64,000 nt of DNA from positions 28,521 through 92,520 of the forward strand of contig LXQJ01000020.1 of NCBI GenBank assembly GCA_001683895.1, written 5' to 3'. This DNA is from Luteimonas sp. ANT-B3E (lineage in GTDB: Bacteria > Pseudomonadota > Gammaproteobacteria > Xanthomonadales > Xanthomonadaceae). Within the stretch, counting starts at the first letter, position 1. Every line of letters starts with the position of its first letter. A program made the position numbers and the translations under genes. The notes beneath the pieces were generated by a model. It saw only the letters and a list, made by a program, of their open reading frames with translations, had not been told where the DNA came from and did no database searches. This document shows, one piece after another, positions 30,649 to 41,266 of this stretch.

Positions 30649-31502
30649 CGCGTTTCCATGACCAGCGTCGCGATGCCTCCGGCTTTGCGACCCAGGCCAA
30701 GAAGCAGCTCGGGCAGCATTTCCTGCACGAGCGCGGCGTGGTCGACAAGATCCTGCTGGCATTGGACCCGCGGCCAGGCGATCACGTGGTCGAGATCGGC
30801 CCCGGCCAGGGCGCAATGACGCTGACGCTGCTCGACCGCCATGGGGCAGTCACCGCGATCGAGTTCGATCGCGACCTGCTGGTGCCGCTGGCCGCGGCCG
30901 CTGCGCCTCGCGGCGCGCTGACACTGGTGCACGCCGACATCCTCGACGTCGACCTGACCACAGTGGCCGGCGGCACCCCGATCAGACTGGTCGGCAACCT
31001 GCCCTACAACCTGTCGTCGCCGATCCTCTTCCACGCCATCGCGCACGCCGCTGTGATCCGGGACATGCACTTCATGCTGCAGAAAGAGGTTGTCGACCGG
31101 ATGGCCGCGGCCCCTGGCAGCAAGGTCTACGGCCGCCTCAGCGTGATGCTGCAGGCCAGCTGCCACGTGACCGGGCTGTTCAGCGTCGCACCTGGCGCGT
31201 TCCGCCCGCCGCCGAAGGTCGACTCCGCGGTGGTGCGGCTGGTGCCGCGTCCGCCGGGGGAGATCGGCATCGACGATCCGCGATGCTTCGCCAACGTGGT
31301 GCGCGCGGCGTTCGGGCAGCGGCGCAAGACGCTGCGCAACGCGCTGCAGCAGGTCTGCGGCAACGCCGAATTGGCGGCCGCAGGCATCGATCCCGGGCTG
31401 CGCGCCGAGCAGCTGGCAGTGGCGGATTTCGTCCGTTTGGGCAACGTGATCGCACGGCATGCACCCGACGCCGGCGACGCGCTGCCTGCGAGCGGGGGTT
31501 GA
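30645..31502 (+). CDS. rsmA: 16S rRNA dimethyladenosine transferase (KsgA)
   Basis: LGQHFL, EIGPG, GNLPYN, QKEV, FRPPPKVDS. Confidence 0.96.
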   Translation: MTRFHDQRRDASGFATQAKKQLGQHFLHERGVVDKILLALDPRPGDHVVEIGPGQGAMTLTLLDRHGAVTAIEFDRDLLVPLAAAAAPRGALTLVHADILDVDLTTVAGGTPIRLVGNLPYNLSSPILFHAIAHAAVIRDMHFMLQKEVVDRMAAAPGSKVYGRLSVMLQASCHVTGLFSVAPGAFRPPPKVDSAVVRLVPRPPGEIGIDDPRCFANVVRAAFGQRRKTLRNALQQVCGNAELAAAGIDPGLRAEQLAVADFVRLGNVIARHAPDAGDALPASGG

Positions 31503-31594
31503 TCGGCCGCCAACGAACGGAGCGCACGTCGCATTGCCGCCGTATCCGCGAGCCGCGTGTCCATGCGTTCACGCCGCCGGCTTAAACTGGCTGC

Positions 31595-31978
31595 ATGGAC
31601 GACATTTCCGACTACACGCTCGAAATCCAGATCGCGACGCGTTTCCTGGACGATGAATCCGCGCCCGACGACGACCGCTACGTGTTCGCGTACACCATCC
31701 GCATCCGCAACCTCGGCCGTCTGCCGGCGCAGCTGGTCTCGCGCCACTGGGTGATCACCGATGCCAACGGCAAGGTGGAGGAAGTGCGGGGCGAAGGCGT
31801 CGTCGGTGAACAGCCGCGGATCGAACCCGGCGAACAGTTCACCTACACCTCCGGCGCGGTGCTGGAAACGGCAGTGGGCACCATGGAGGGCAGCTACGAC
31901 ATGCTGGGCGACGACGGCACGGAATTCGACGCGCCGATCCCGCCGTTCACCCTGTCCGTCCCGCGCACCCTGCACTGA
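31595..31978 (+). CDS. apaG: ApaG protein
   Basis: [30 protein letters not shown]. Confidence 0.96.
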   Translation: MDDISDYTLEIQIATRFLDDESAPDDDRYVFAYTIRIRNLGRLPAQLVSRHWVITDANGKVEEVRGEGVVGEQPRIEPGEQFTYTSGAVLETAVGTMEGSYDMLGDDGTEFDAPIPPFTLSVPRTLH

Positions 31979-32820
31979 TGGCCGTCTGGGCGATCGGCGA
32001 CCTGCAGGGTTGCCACGACGCCACCCGGCGGCTGCTGGACCGGATCGCGTTCGACCCCGCGCGCGACCGGCTCTGGTTCTGCGGCGACCTGGTCAACCGC
32101 GGCGGCGAATCGCTGGCGACGATGCGCCTGGTGCACTCGCTGCGCGACTGCGCGGTCAGCGTTCTCGGCAACCACGACCTCTCGCTGCTTGCCATCGCCG
32201 AGCGCCGCGAGGAGGACCAGCGGCGGGTCAACGCGGAGCTTCAGGAGGTGCTCTTCGCTCCCGACCGCGATGTGCTGCTGGACTGGCTGCGGATGCAGCC
32301 ACTGGTGCACGTCGACCGCGAGCTCGGTTGGCTGATGGTGCATGCCGGTCTGGCGCCGAAATGGACGACCACGATGGCCGAGGAGCACGCACACGAGGTC
32401 GAGGCCAGCCTCCGCGGCGGCCAGCGGCGCAGGCTGCTGAAGAACATGTTCGGCGACCGCCCCCCGTGGTCGCCCGGCCTGGCCGGGCCGGACCGCGAGC
32501 GCGCGATCATCAACGTGTGCACGCGCATGCGCTACTGCTCGCCGCGTGGCCGCATCGCGTTCGAGGAGAAGGGCGCCCCGGGCACGCAGCAGCCGGGGCT
32601 GTACCCTTGGTACTCGGTACCGGGCCGCGCCGAACGAGACCTCAGGATCGTCAGTGGCCACTGGTCGACGCTGGGGCTGTTCATCGGCCACGGCGTGCAC
32701 GCGATCGACACCGGCGCGGTCTGGGGCGGCAGGCTCACCGCGCTGCAGCTCGACAGCGACGAGCTGCGTGTGGTCCAGGTCCCCGGGCGCGACGTGCCGC
32801 CTTCTCAGGCGCGCTCGTAG
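31978..32820 (+). CDS. apaH: Symmetrical diadenosine tetraphosphatase
   Basis: GDLQGC, GDLVNRG, LGNHD, VHAG, GHWS, DTG. Confidence 0.95.
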   Translation: MAVWAIGDLQGCHDATRRLLDRIAFDPARDRLWFCGDLVNRGGESLATMRLVHSLRDCAVSVLGNHDLSLLAIAERREEDQRRVNAELQEVLFAPDRDVLLDWLRMQPLVHVDRELGWLMVHAGLAPKWTTTMAEEHAHEVEASLRGGQRRRLLKNMFGDRPPWSPGLAGPDRERAIINVCTRMRYCSPRGRIAFEEKGAPGTQQPGLYPWYSVPGRAERDLRIVSGHWSTLGLFIGHGVHAIDTGAVWGGRLTALQLDSDELRVVQVPGRDVPPSQARS

Positions 32821-33320
32821 TCGACGAAGGTGTAGCCGAAAGCGTGGTCTGCGTCCGCGGAGTGCGGCTCGCGCAGGGTCTCGATCCAGTCGTTGGCATC
32901 GAACCACGGGAAGAACGCGTCGGCGCCCTCGACCACCGTGTCCACCCACGTCAGCCGCATCCGGCGCGCGCGGGGCAGCGCGAGCACGAACACCTCGCCA
33001 CCACCAATGACGTCCAGGCGCGCACCGTCGGCCGTCTCCTCAAGCGCGTCGTCCAGCGATGCCACCGTCTCCATTCCCGCGACCGGCGTCGCGCCGCTGT
33101 GGGTCAGCACGAGATTACGGCGCTTCGGCAGCGCGCGTCCCAGGGACTCCGCCGTGCGCCGCCCCATCAGCACGGTCCCGCCAAGCGTCAGCGCCTTGAA
33201 GCGCCTTAGGTCCGCGGGCAGGTGCCACGGCAGCGCGTTCCCGCGCCCGATCGCGCGGCGGCGGTCCAGCGCGGCGACCAGCACGACGTTGACCACCGCG
33301 TCGGGCGCCGCCGCGTTCAT
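32805..33320 (-). CDS. folA: Dihydrofolate reductase
   Basis: [30 protein letters not shown]. Confidence 0.95.
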   Translation of the reverse strand: MNAAAPDAVVNVVLVAALDRRRAIGRGNALPWHLPADLRRFKALTLGGTVLMGRRTAESLGRALPKRRNLVLTHSGATPVAGMETVASLDDALEETADGARLDVIGGGEVFVLALPRARRMRLTWVDTVVEGADAFFPWFDANDWIETLREPHSADADHAFGYTFVDYERA

Positions 33321-34111
33321 ACCGCCACGGGCGCCCGGATGGCCGGATGCGGATCGTAGCCGTCGAAGGCGATGTGGCCCGCGTTGAACGCGAACAGGTC
33401 GGTGACCGACGGGTCGAGCTGCAGCGTCGGCAACCGCCGCGGCGTGCGCGCAAGCTGTTCGCGAGCCTGCTCGACATGGTTGTCGTACAGGTGCGCATCG
33501 CCCAGCGTATGCACGAAGTCACCCACCTCCAACCCGGTGGCCTGCGCCACCAGGTGGGTCATCAGCGCGTAGCTGGCGATGTTGAACGGCACCCCGAGGA
33601 AGATGTCGCCGCTGCGCTGGTAAAGCTGGCAGCTCAGCCGCCCGTCGATCACGTAGAACTGGAACAGCGCGTGGCACGGCATCAGCGCCATGTCGGGCAG
33701 GTCGGCGACGTTCCAAGCGCTCACCACCAGCCGGCGCGAGTCCGGGTTGCGGCGGATCTCGTCGACCACCCAGCGCAGCTGGTCGATCTCTTTCCCATCG
33801 CTGCCCGCCCAGCGCCGCCACTGTTTTCCGTAGACGGGTCCGAGCTCGCCGTCGGCGTTGGCCCATTCGTCCCAGATGGTGACCCGGTTGTCGCGCAGGT
33901 ACGCGATGTTGGTGTCGCCGCGCAGAAACCACAGCAGCTCATGGACGATTGCGCGCAGGTGCAGCTTCTTGGTGGTGACCAGCGGAAAACCGTCGCGCAG
34001 GTCGTAGCGCATCTGCCACCCGAACACGCTACGCGTGCCGGTGCCGGTGCGATCGCCCTTGACCGCGCCGTGCTCCAGCACGTGCCGCAACAGCGCGAGG
34101 TACGGGGTCAT
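33317..34111 (-). CDS. thyA: Thymidylate synthase
   Basis: [39 protein letters not shown]. Confidence 0.97.
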   Translation of the reverse strand: MTPYLALLRHVLEHGAVKGDRTGTGTRSVFGWQMRYDLRDGFPLVTTKKLHLRAIVHELLWFLRGDTNIAYLRDNRVTIWDEWANADGELGPVYGKQWRRWAGSDGKEIDQLRWVVDEIRRNPDSRRLVVSAWNVADLPDMALMPCHALFQFYVIDGRLSCQLYQRSGDIFLGVPFNIASYALMTHLVAQATGLEVGDFVHTLGDAHLYDNHVEQAREQLARTPRRLPTLQLDPSVTDLFAFNAGHIAFDGYDPHPAIRAPVAV

Positions 34112-35043
34112 GGCGCGGCGCGGTCCACGCCTGGAGCGCCGGCCTCGCCCGCGGGGACCGGCAGCAGCGTCGGTGCGGTGCGTGAGCGCCACAGCAGGTA
34201 CAGGCCGAACGCCACCAGCGGCAGGCTCAGGAGCTGCCCCATCGTCAGCCAGCCGAACGCGAGGTAGCCCAGCTGCGCGTCCGGCTCGCGCACGAATTCG
34301 ACGATGAAGCGGAACACGCCGTAGAGCACGGCGAACATCCCGCCCACCACGTACCGCGACCGGGGACGGCTGGAAAACCACCACAGCGCGCAGAACAGCA
34401 CCACGCCCTCGAGGAATGCCTGGTACAGCTGCGACGGGTGGCGCGCGAACGGCGCCAGCATGCCGGCGTGGAACTCCGCGCGCAGCGACGCGGGATCCAG
34501 CGCCTGCAGTTGCGGCGGCAGCGCGCTCACGAAGACCACGCCCCAGCCCTCGCCCGTCGGCCTGCCCCACAGCTCGCCGCCGATCCAGTTGCCGATACGG
34601 CCGAATCCGAGCCCCAGTGGGACGATCGGCGCCACGAAATCCATCACGTCGAAGAAGTGCAGGCGCTGCGACCGCGCCCACCACCAGGCCGCGGCCAGCA
34701 CGCCCAGCAGCCCGCCGTGGAAGCTCATGCCGCCGTCCCAGACCTTGAACAGCAGCAGCGGGTCGGCGGCCAGGTCGCCAAACGCGTAGAACAGGACGTA
34801 GCCGATACGCCCGCCGAGGACGACGCCGAGCATGCCGTAGAACATCAGGTCACCAAACGCGTCGGTGGTGACCCCGGGCAGACGACCGGCGCGGACCCGC
34901 CGGCTGCCGAGAAACCATGCCGCCACGAACGCGAGCAGGTACATCACGCCGTACCAGTGCACCGCGGGCTGGAACGTGCGCCCCAGCAGCTCGAGCGGCG
35001 GCGACTGGAGCGCGATCGGATCGATGAGGTGCAGGTAGGTCAT
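34108..35043 (-). CDS. lgt: Prolipoprotein diacylglyceryl transferase
   Basis: [37 protein letters not shown]. Confidence 0.96.
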   Translation of the reverse strand: MTYLHLIDPIALQSPPLELLGRTFQPAVHWYGVMYLLAFVAAWFLGSRRVRAGRLPGVTTDAFGDLMFYGMLGVVLGGRIGYVLFYAFGDLAADPLLLFKVWDGGMSFHGGLLGVLAAAWWWARSQRLHFFDVMDFVAPIVPLGLGFGRIGNWIGGELWGRPTGEGWGVVFVSALPPQLQALDPASLRAEFHAGMLAPFARHPSQLYQAFLEGVVLFCALWWFSSRPRSRYVVGGMFAVLYGVFRFIVEFVREPDAQLGYLAFGWLTMGQLLSLPLVAFGLYLLWRSRTAPTLLPVPAGEAGAPGVDRAAP

Positions 35044-35119
35044 GCGGGGCGTCGGCCCGGGTGCGGCGGTGGCCTATTGTGCCCGACGGGCCACCGCGCG
35101 CGCAGGCGGCGGGCCACGC

Positions 35120-35857
35120 TCAATGGGGCAGCACCTGGCGCATTGCGCGCCGCTTCGCCCACAGGTTCAGCAGCTCGACCAGCGCCGAGAAGCCCATCGC
35201 GCCGTAGACATAGCCACGCGGAATGTGGAGCCCGAGCCCCTCAGCGATGAGGTATGCGCCGATCAGCACGATGAAGGCAAGCGCCAGCATCTTGATGGTC
35301 GGGTTGCGGTCGATGAACTGTCCGAGCGGCCGTGCGGCCAGCAGCATCACGCCGACCGAGATCAGGATCGCGGCGACCATCACCGGTACGTAATCGCCGG
35401 CCATGCCGACCGCGGCGATCACCGAATCAAGCGAGAACACGATGTCGATCACCGCGATCTGCGCGATCACCATCGCAAACGACGTCGCCACCTTGCCCGA
35501 CGGATCGCCCGCGTCGTGGTCGCCGAGCACCAGCTCGCGGATCTCCAACACGCCCTTGACCACCAGGAACGCACCGCCCAGCAGCAGCACCAGGTCGCGC
35601 ACCGAGATGCCGCGGCCGGCCACCGTGAACAGGTCGCTGGTCAGCCCCGCCAGCCACGCCAGCGTCAGCAGCAGCGCGATGCGGGTAATACACGCCACCG
35701 CGATGCCGAACTTGCGCGCGAACTCGCGCTGCTCCGAGGGCAGCTTGCTGACCGCGATCGAGATGAACACCAGGTTGTCGATGCCCAACACGATCTCGAT
35801 CGTGCTCAGCGTCAGCAGCAGGATCCACACCTGCGGGTCGGAGAGAAGTTCCATCAT
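35120..35857 (-). CDS. TerC-family membrane protein
   Basis: EIVLGIDNLVFI, DIVFSLDSVI. Confidence 0.92.
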   Translation of the reverse strand: MMELLSDPQVWILLLTLSTIEIVLGIDNLVFISIAVSKLPSEQREFARKFGIAVACITRIALLLTLAWLAGLTSDLFTVAGRGISVRDLVLLLGGAFLVVKGVLEIRELVLGDHDAGDPSGKVATSFAMVIAQIAVIDIVFSLDSVIAAVGMAGDYVPVMVAAILISVGVMLLAARPLGQFIDRNPTIKMLALAFIVLIGAYLIAEGLGLHIPRGYVYGAMGFSALVELLNLWAKRRAMRQVLPH

Positions 35858-35905
35858 TGCCAGCACGCCCTCAAAGTGAGCCACGCCGCAACGGGCGCGC
35901 CTCGT

Positions 35906-36286
35906 TCACCAGATGCGTGGCAGCAGGATCGCCGACCACACCACCATCACGTTGACCATCGTGACCATCACCGCGGCCGACCCCATGTCCTTGGCGCGCC
36001 CGGCGAGCTCGTGGTGCTCATTGCCGTAGCGGCCGATCACCGCCTCGATCGCCGAATTCAGCAGCTCGACCGCCAGCACCAGCAGCAGGCTGCCCAGCAG
36101 CAGCGCCCGCTCCACGCCGTCGGCACCCAGCCAGGCCGCCAACGGCGCCAAGACCGCGAACGCCCACACCTCGAGCCGGAACGACGACTCGTGCAGCCAC
36201 GCCGCGCGCAGGCCCTGCAGCGACCAGACGGTCGCTTTCAGGATCCGTCGGGGTCGCCGCGGCAGGTGTCCGAACTCGTCTGCCAT
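35906..36286 (-). CDS. dgkA: Diacylglycerol kinase
   Basis: SLQGL.AA..HESSFRLE, VELLNSAIEAVI, AKDMGSAAV. Confidence 0.94.
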   Translation of the reverse strand: MADEFGHLPRRPRRILKATVWSLQGLRAAWLHESSFRLEVWAFAVLAPLAAWLGADGVERALLLGSLLLVLAVELLNSAIEAVIGRYGNEHHELAGRAKDMGSAAVMVTMVNVMVVWSAILLPRIW

Positions 36287-36586
36287 CGTGGTAGCCGCCG
36301 GTCAGGGTCCGGATACGTCAACGCCGATGGGGCGCAGAACGCCGCGCGCACTGACGGCAACGTCCCTGCAGGCGGCATTCGGAACGCGACAGCGCAGGCG
36401 ATACATCGGAGGTCTGTTCGAGCTGGCGTGGCCAGGGGCACGTATTTTGCCACAGCGCCGCATCGACACCGGCCAGGTCGGCGCCGCACATCCGCCGGGG
36501 AGCCATGCCGACACTGTCCGGGCGCATGCCAGTGCCAGCGTGGACGCCTGCCCACTGGGCCACTCCGCCGTGCACCCGCCGTAGCG

Positions 36587-37618
36587 TCACTCCCCGCGGA
36601 AGATCGCTGTCCCGCGCGTGCCGTCGGGATTCACCCAGCCGCGGTACATGCCGCTGGTGCTGAACGGCATGGCGATGTTGCCGTCGACGTCGAGCGCGAT
36701 CGCGCCGCCGTCGCCACCCAGTGCCGGCACGCGCCGCAGCAGCACCTCGTCGGCGGCGTCGCGCAGCGAGTCGCCGCGGTAGGCGACGCGGGCGCAGATG
36801 TCGTGCGCGACCGCATTGCGGATGAAGAACTCGCCCCAGCCGGTACCCGACACGCCGCAGCGCTCGTCGGCCCAGGTGCCGGCACCGATCAGCGGTGAGT
36901 CCCCGACGCGCGACCAGCGCTTGTTGGTCATGCCGCCCGTCGACGTCGCCGCCGCGATGCGGCCCTGCGCATCCAGCGCCACCGCGCCGACCGTCCCGAA
37001 GTAGGTGCCGCCCACCGTCGGCAGCGCGTCCAGCGCGTGGCCGCGCTCACGATCCTGTGCGATTTCGAGCTGGCGGCGGCGCTCCTCGGTGTCGAAGTAG
37101 CTGTTGGGCACCCGCGCGATGTCATCGTGCAGGTCGGCGAACGCCTCGGCGCCGGCACCGGCAAGCAAGACGTGCGGCGAGCGCTCCATCACCGCGCGCG
37201 CGAGCAGGATCGGGTTGCGGATGGTGGTCACCCCGGCCACCGCGCCCGCCGAGCGGTCGAAGCCCTGCATCAGGGACGCGTCGAGCTCGTGGGTGCCGTC
37301 GGCGCTGTAGACCGCACCCTTGCCGGCGTTGAAGCGCGGCGAGTCCTCGAGCACCTGCACCGCGGCGATCGCAGCGTCCAGCGCGCCGCCCCCGGCCACC
37401 AGCACCGCGTGCCCGGCGTCGAGCGCGCGGTCGAGGTCGGCGCGAATGGCCGCTTCGTCTCCGCCCGACAGCGCATCACGCTCGATCACGCCGGCGCCGC
37501 CGTGGATGACGAGTGCCACCGCATGCTTCGATGCACCGGAGGGGGTCTGCGATGACGCGGCGTGGACCTGTGTGGACATGACGGCGATCACCAGTAGCGG
37601 GACGGCGAGCAGGCGCAT
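36587..37618 (-). CDS. iaaA: Isoaspartyl peptidase / plant-type L-asparaginase (Ntn hydrolase) with signal peptide
   Basis: IHGGAG, LEDSPRFNAGKG, GTVGAVA nucleophile, ATSTGG, RVGDSP; N-terminal MRLLAVPLLVIAVMSTQVHA. Confidence 0.9.
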   Translation of the reverse strand: MRLLAVPLLVIAVMSTQVHAASSQTPSGASKHAVALVIHGGAGVIERDALSGGDEAAIRADLDRALDAGHAVLVAGGGALDAAIAAVQVLEDSPRFNAGKGAVYSADGTHELDASLMQGFDRSAGAVAGVTTIRNPILLARAVMERSPHVLLAGAGAEAFADLHDDIARVPNSYFDTEERRRQLEIAQDRERGHALDALPTVGGTYFGTVGAVALDAQGRIAAATSTGGMTNKRWSRVGDSPLIGAGTWADERCGVSGTGWGEFFIRNAVAHDICARVAYRGDSLRDAADEVLLRRVPALGGDGGAIALDVDGNIAMPFSTSGMYRGWVNPDGTRGTAIFRGE

Positions 37619-37779
37619 GGCGGAGCCTTCGCGGAAAGCGCGCAGCATACCGGACGCTGTCAGCCTCGCGGCAGGGCGACTCTCCGCCAGGGCCTGCGCA
37701 GATGCGCGATGCACTGCAGCATCCCCGGCCACCGGCAACGCGCGATCCGATGCCCGATTCCGCTTCTGAGGCCGTATTT

Positions 37780-37795
37780 CGTGGACAGGGTCACA
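37780..37795. promoter_or_regulatory. Possible CRP/Clp-type binding site
   Basis: CGTGG-N6-TCACA versus consensus TGTGA-N6-TCACA, in the divergent iaaA/protease intergenic region. Confidence 0.4.
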
Positions 37796-38036
37796 GCGCA
37801 TGCTGCGCATCGACTCCAACCCCGCGCCACCTTGCGGTCGCACATTGACATCGACGGTTCGCGAAACCGAGGGTCCGGGCGTCGCCCATGTGCCGCCTGC
37901 CACCGTTGACGCGCCCCCGCGGCCACCGTGCCGTCGCAGCGCCGTCGTGCAGGACGTTCCCGGCCATTGGGGGCGACAGCACAGTCGCGCACGTTCCGTC
38001 GCGACGCCGTCGATCCAGCCAACATGAAGGACCACC

Positions 38037-39254
38037 ATGATCAACAAGAGCATCCTTGCCGTTGCCCTCTCGTTCGCGCTCGCCGCCCCCGCGGCCGCTG
38101 CCGACCTCCGCCGCGTCGAGAGGCCGATCCCGGGCCAATACATCGTCGTGCTTGCCGACGACGCCATCGACGGCAAGATCGCCAGAGGCCGCGACCGGAT
38201 CGCGAGCGTCCGCGGCGATGCCCCCGCACCCGCCGAGATCTCCGCCGCGGTCGCCGCCGAGGTCGTCGACATGGCCGCGACTTATGGCCTTGGCGTCGGG
38301 CGCGTCTACAGCAGCGCCCTGCGCGGCATGGCAGTGCGCGCGACCGAGAAGGACGTGCAGCGGCTGCTGCAGGATCCGCGGGTCGCGTTCGTCGAGGAGG
38401 ACGGCTACGTCGAGCTCGGCGCAACGCAGAGCGGCGCCACCTGGGGCCTTGACCGCATCGACCAGCGAGACCGCCCGCTCAACGGCACCTACATCTATAC
38501 TCCCACGGCCAGCAATGTCCGCGCCTACGTGATCGACAGCGGCATCCTCGCCAGCCATTCCAACTTCGGCGGCCGCGTGCTGTCGGGGTTCAGCGCGATC
38601 AACGACGGCCGTGGCGCCAGCGACTGCAACGGCCACGGCACGCACGTGGCGGGGACCATCGGTAGCGCGACCTGGGGCGTCGCCAAGGCTGTGCGCCTGG
38701 TGCCGGTCCGCGTCTTCGGCTGCACCGGTGGCAGCGCCAACTCCACGATCATCGCCGGCATCGACTGGGTACGCGCCAACCGCGTGCTGCCTGCGGTCGC
38801 CAACATGAGCCTGGGCGGTGGCGCGTCGTCGGCCACCGACACCGCGACCAACAACCTGATCAACAGTGGCGTCACCGTGGTGGTCGCCGCGGGCAACAGC
38901 AATGCCAACGCGTGCAACTACTCGCCCGCGCGCGTCGCCGGCGCGATCACCGTCGGCTCCACCGCATCCAACGACTCCCGCTCTTCCTTCTCCAACTTCG
39001 GCAGCTGCGTCAACATCTTCGCGCCAGGTTCGTCGATCACCTCCACCTGGTGGACCAGCACCTCGGCGACCAACACCATCAGCGGCACCTCGATGGCGTC
39101 GCCGCACGTCGCCGGCGCCGCGGCGCTGTACCTGTCAGGCAGCCCGTCGGCGAGCCCCGCGACGGTGCGCAGCGCGCTGTACAACAAGGCCACCCTCAAC
39201 AGGATCAGCGACGTCGGCACCGGGTCGCCCAACCGGCTGCTCTACAGCCGCTGA
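38037..39254 (+). CDS. Secreted S8 serine protease (proteinase K/aqualysin-like) with I9 prodomain
   Basis: Signal peptide, [16 protein letters not shown], catalytic triad DSG / HGTHVAG / GTSMASPH. Confidence 0.95.
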   Translation: MINKSILAVALSFALAAPAAAADLRRVERPIPGQYIVVLADDAIDGKIARGRDRIASVRGDAPAPAEISAAVAAEVVDMAATYGLGVGRVYSSALRGMAVRATEKDVQRLLQDPRVAFVEEDGYVELGATQSGATWGLDRIDQRDRPLNGTYIYTPTASNVRAYVIDSGILASHSNFGGRVLSGFSAINDGRGASDCNGHGTHVAGTIGSATWGVAKAVRLVPVRVFGCTGGSANSTIIAGIDWVRANRVLPAVANMSLGGGASSATDTATNNLINSGVTVVVAAGNSNANACNYSPARVAGAITVGSTASNDSRSSFSNFGSCVNIFAPGSSITSTWWTSTSATNTISGTSMASPHVAGAAALYLSGSPSASPATVRSALYNKATLNRISDVGTGSPNRLLYSR

Positions 39255-39273
39255 CGCGATCGCCAGCAAACTG

Positions 39274-39300
39274 GGGCGCCTCCAGGGGCGCCCTTTTTTT
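39274..39300 (+). terminator. Intrinsic terminator after the S8 protease
   Basis: GGGCGCC-TCCAGG-GGCGCCC followed by T7. Confidence 0.8.
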
Positions 39301-39324
39301 GGCTGCAGGTTCCGGTGCGCAGCA

Positions 39325-40559
39325 CTACTGCTGGCGCAGCGCCTCGATGGGATCCAGCTGCGACGCCTTGCGAGCCGGGTAGTAGCCGAAGAACAGCCCG
39401 GTCGCGATCGAGAAGCCCGCCGCCATGCCGATCACCTGCCCGTTGAGCGCCACCGGAAGCTGCCCGAACTTGCCGACCAGCAGCGCGCCGACGATGCCGA
39501 TCACGATGCCAAGCGCGCCGCCGATCAGCGACAGCAGCATCGCCTCCGCCAGGAACTGCCGGCGCACGTCCGATGGACCGGCGCCCACCGCCATCCGAAG
39601 GCCGATCTCGCGGATCCGCTCGGTGACGGGCACCAGCATGATGTTCATGATCCCGATGCCGCCGACGACCAGCGAGATCGTCGCGACGGCGCCCAGCAGC
39701 AGCGACATCAGGCGCGTGGTCGCGGTGCGCGTGGCCACGATCTCGGAGATGTTGCGCACCGAGAAGTCGTCCTCGTCGCCTGGTCCGATGCGGTGGCGCT
39801 GCCGCAGCAGCGCCTCCACCTCGCCCTGCACGTAGCCCAGGTCGTTGGCATCGGCGACCGTGAGCGCCACCTGCATCACCGCGCTCGGCGGCAGCCCCAT
39901 CGACCCCAGCAGGCGGCGGCGGCCGGTCTCCATCGGCACCATCATCACGTCGTCCTGGTCCTGCCCGAAGCCGCCCTGGCCCTTCGGCTCCAGCGTGCCG
40001 ACGACGACGAACGGCACCCGCCCAAGTCGCACGGTCTGTCCGATGCCGGACTCCTCGCCGAACAGCTCGCGGCGCACCGTCTCCCCCAGCATGACCTCCT
40101 TGACCGCGCCGCTGTAGTCCTGCGCGTCGAAGCCCTCGCCTTCTGCGACCGCCCAGCCGTTGATCTCGAAGAACTCGGGCTGCACGCCCTGCCAGCTGCC
40201 GGCCCAGTTGTTCTCTGCATAGACGATCTGGGTGTTGCCCGCAGCGACCCGGCGACGTACTGGACCTCGGGGATCTCCGCGCGGATGGCCTCGATGTCGC
40301 CCTCGTTGAGGGTGTAGAAGCCGGCGCCGGCAAGGCGCGCGCCGCCCGGGCCGCGACGCGAGCCCGGGGAAATGTCCAGCCGCTGCGAGCCCAGCCCGCT
40401 GACCAGCTTGTCGATCTCCGACTGCGTGCCCTGCCCTACCGACACCATCACGATGACCGCGGCGATGCCGATGATCACGCCCAGCGAGGTCAGCGCACTG
40501 CGCATCCAGTTGCCGCGCAGCGCGAACACGGCCGTGCGCAGGATGTCGCTGAACTTCAT
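39325..40559 (-). pseudogene. MacB-type ABC permease, frameshifted near 40238 (true lesion or sequence error)
   Basis: N-terminal half RSALTSLGVIIG (ORF 39945..40559) and C-terminal half VGGIGIMNIML..TERIREIG..FFGYYPA (ORF 39325..40185) are in different frames; adding one base gives ...GSLRGNTQIVYAENNW... Confidence 0.82.
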
Positions 40560-41266
40560 GCGGGTGCGCCCTCGGGGTGGAGCTCGCCGTCGTGCATGAC
40601 GAACGTGCGGTCGGCGTGCGCGGCGACCTCCGCGTCGTGGGTGATCAGGATCACGGTGTGGTCGTCATCGCTCAACCGCTTGAACAGCGCCAGGATCTCG
40701 GCGCCGGTCTTCGAGTCGCGCGCGCCCGTGGGCTCGTCGGCGAGCAGGCTCGGCGGCCGGTTGATCAGCGCGCGCGCGATCGCGACACGCTGCTGCTGGC
40801 CGCCGGACAGCTCGCTGGGACGGTGCCCGACACGCGCGCCGAGGCCGACCTCGTCGAGCGCGGCGCGCGCCCGCGCCTGCCGCTCGGCTGGCGCAACCCG
40901 CGCATACCCCAGCGGCATCGCCACGTTGTCCAGCGCGCTCATCCGCGGCAGCAGGTTGAAGCCCTGGAACACGAAGCCGATCTTGTCGCGGCGCAGCACC
41001 GCCAGCGCCTCTGCGTCCAGCGTCGACACGTCGATGCCGTCGCAGGCATAGCGGCCCGCGGTGGGCGTGTCGAGGCAGCCGATCATGTTCATCAGCGTCG
41101 ACTTGCCCGATCCCGACGGCCCCATGATGGCGACGAAATCGCCGCGGTCGATGCGCAGGTCGACGTCGCGGAGCGCCACGACCTCGGCCTCGGTCCCGGC
41201 GGAATACACCTTGCCGAGGCCGTGGGTGAGGATCGCCGGTACGCTGTCGTCGACGCGCCGGGTCAC
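40556..41266 (-). CDS. ABC ATP-binding protein (MacB/LolD type)
   Basis: GPSGSGKST, IGFVFQGFNLL, LSGGQQQRVAIARAL, ADEPTG, ITHD; GTG start overlaps the upstream TGA. Confidence 0.9.
   Translation of the reverse strand: MTRRVDDSVPAILTHGLGKVYSAGTEAEVVALRDVDLRIDRGDFVAIMGPSGSGKSTLMNMIGCLDTPTAGRYACDGIDVSTLDAEALAVLRRDKIGFVFQGFNLLPRMSALDNVAMPLGYARVAPAERQARARAALDEVGLGARVGHRPSELSGGQQQRVAIARALINRPPSLLADEPTGARDSKTGAEILALFKRLSDDDHTVILITHDAEVAAHADRTFVMHDGELHPEGAPA

Noticed and set aside
33317-34684. Long N-terminal extensions in the ORF track (thyA, also iaaA, pilJ, lptD, pdxA, DUF1631)
   Set aside because: Artefacts of taking the first possible start; they overlap neighbouring real genes, and homology begins at the downstream starts used above.
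25942-35043. lptD-surA-pdxA-rsmA-apaG-apaH and folA-thyA-lgt as a novel cluster
   Set aside because: Well-known conserved gammaproteobacterial gene order; the 16-bp apaH/folA convergent overlap is unremarkable.
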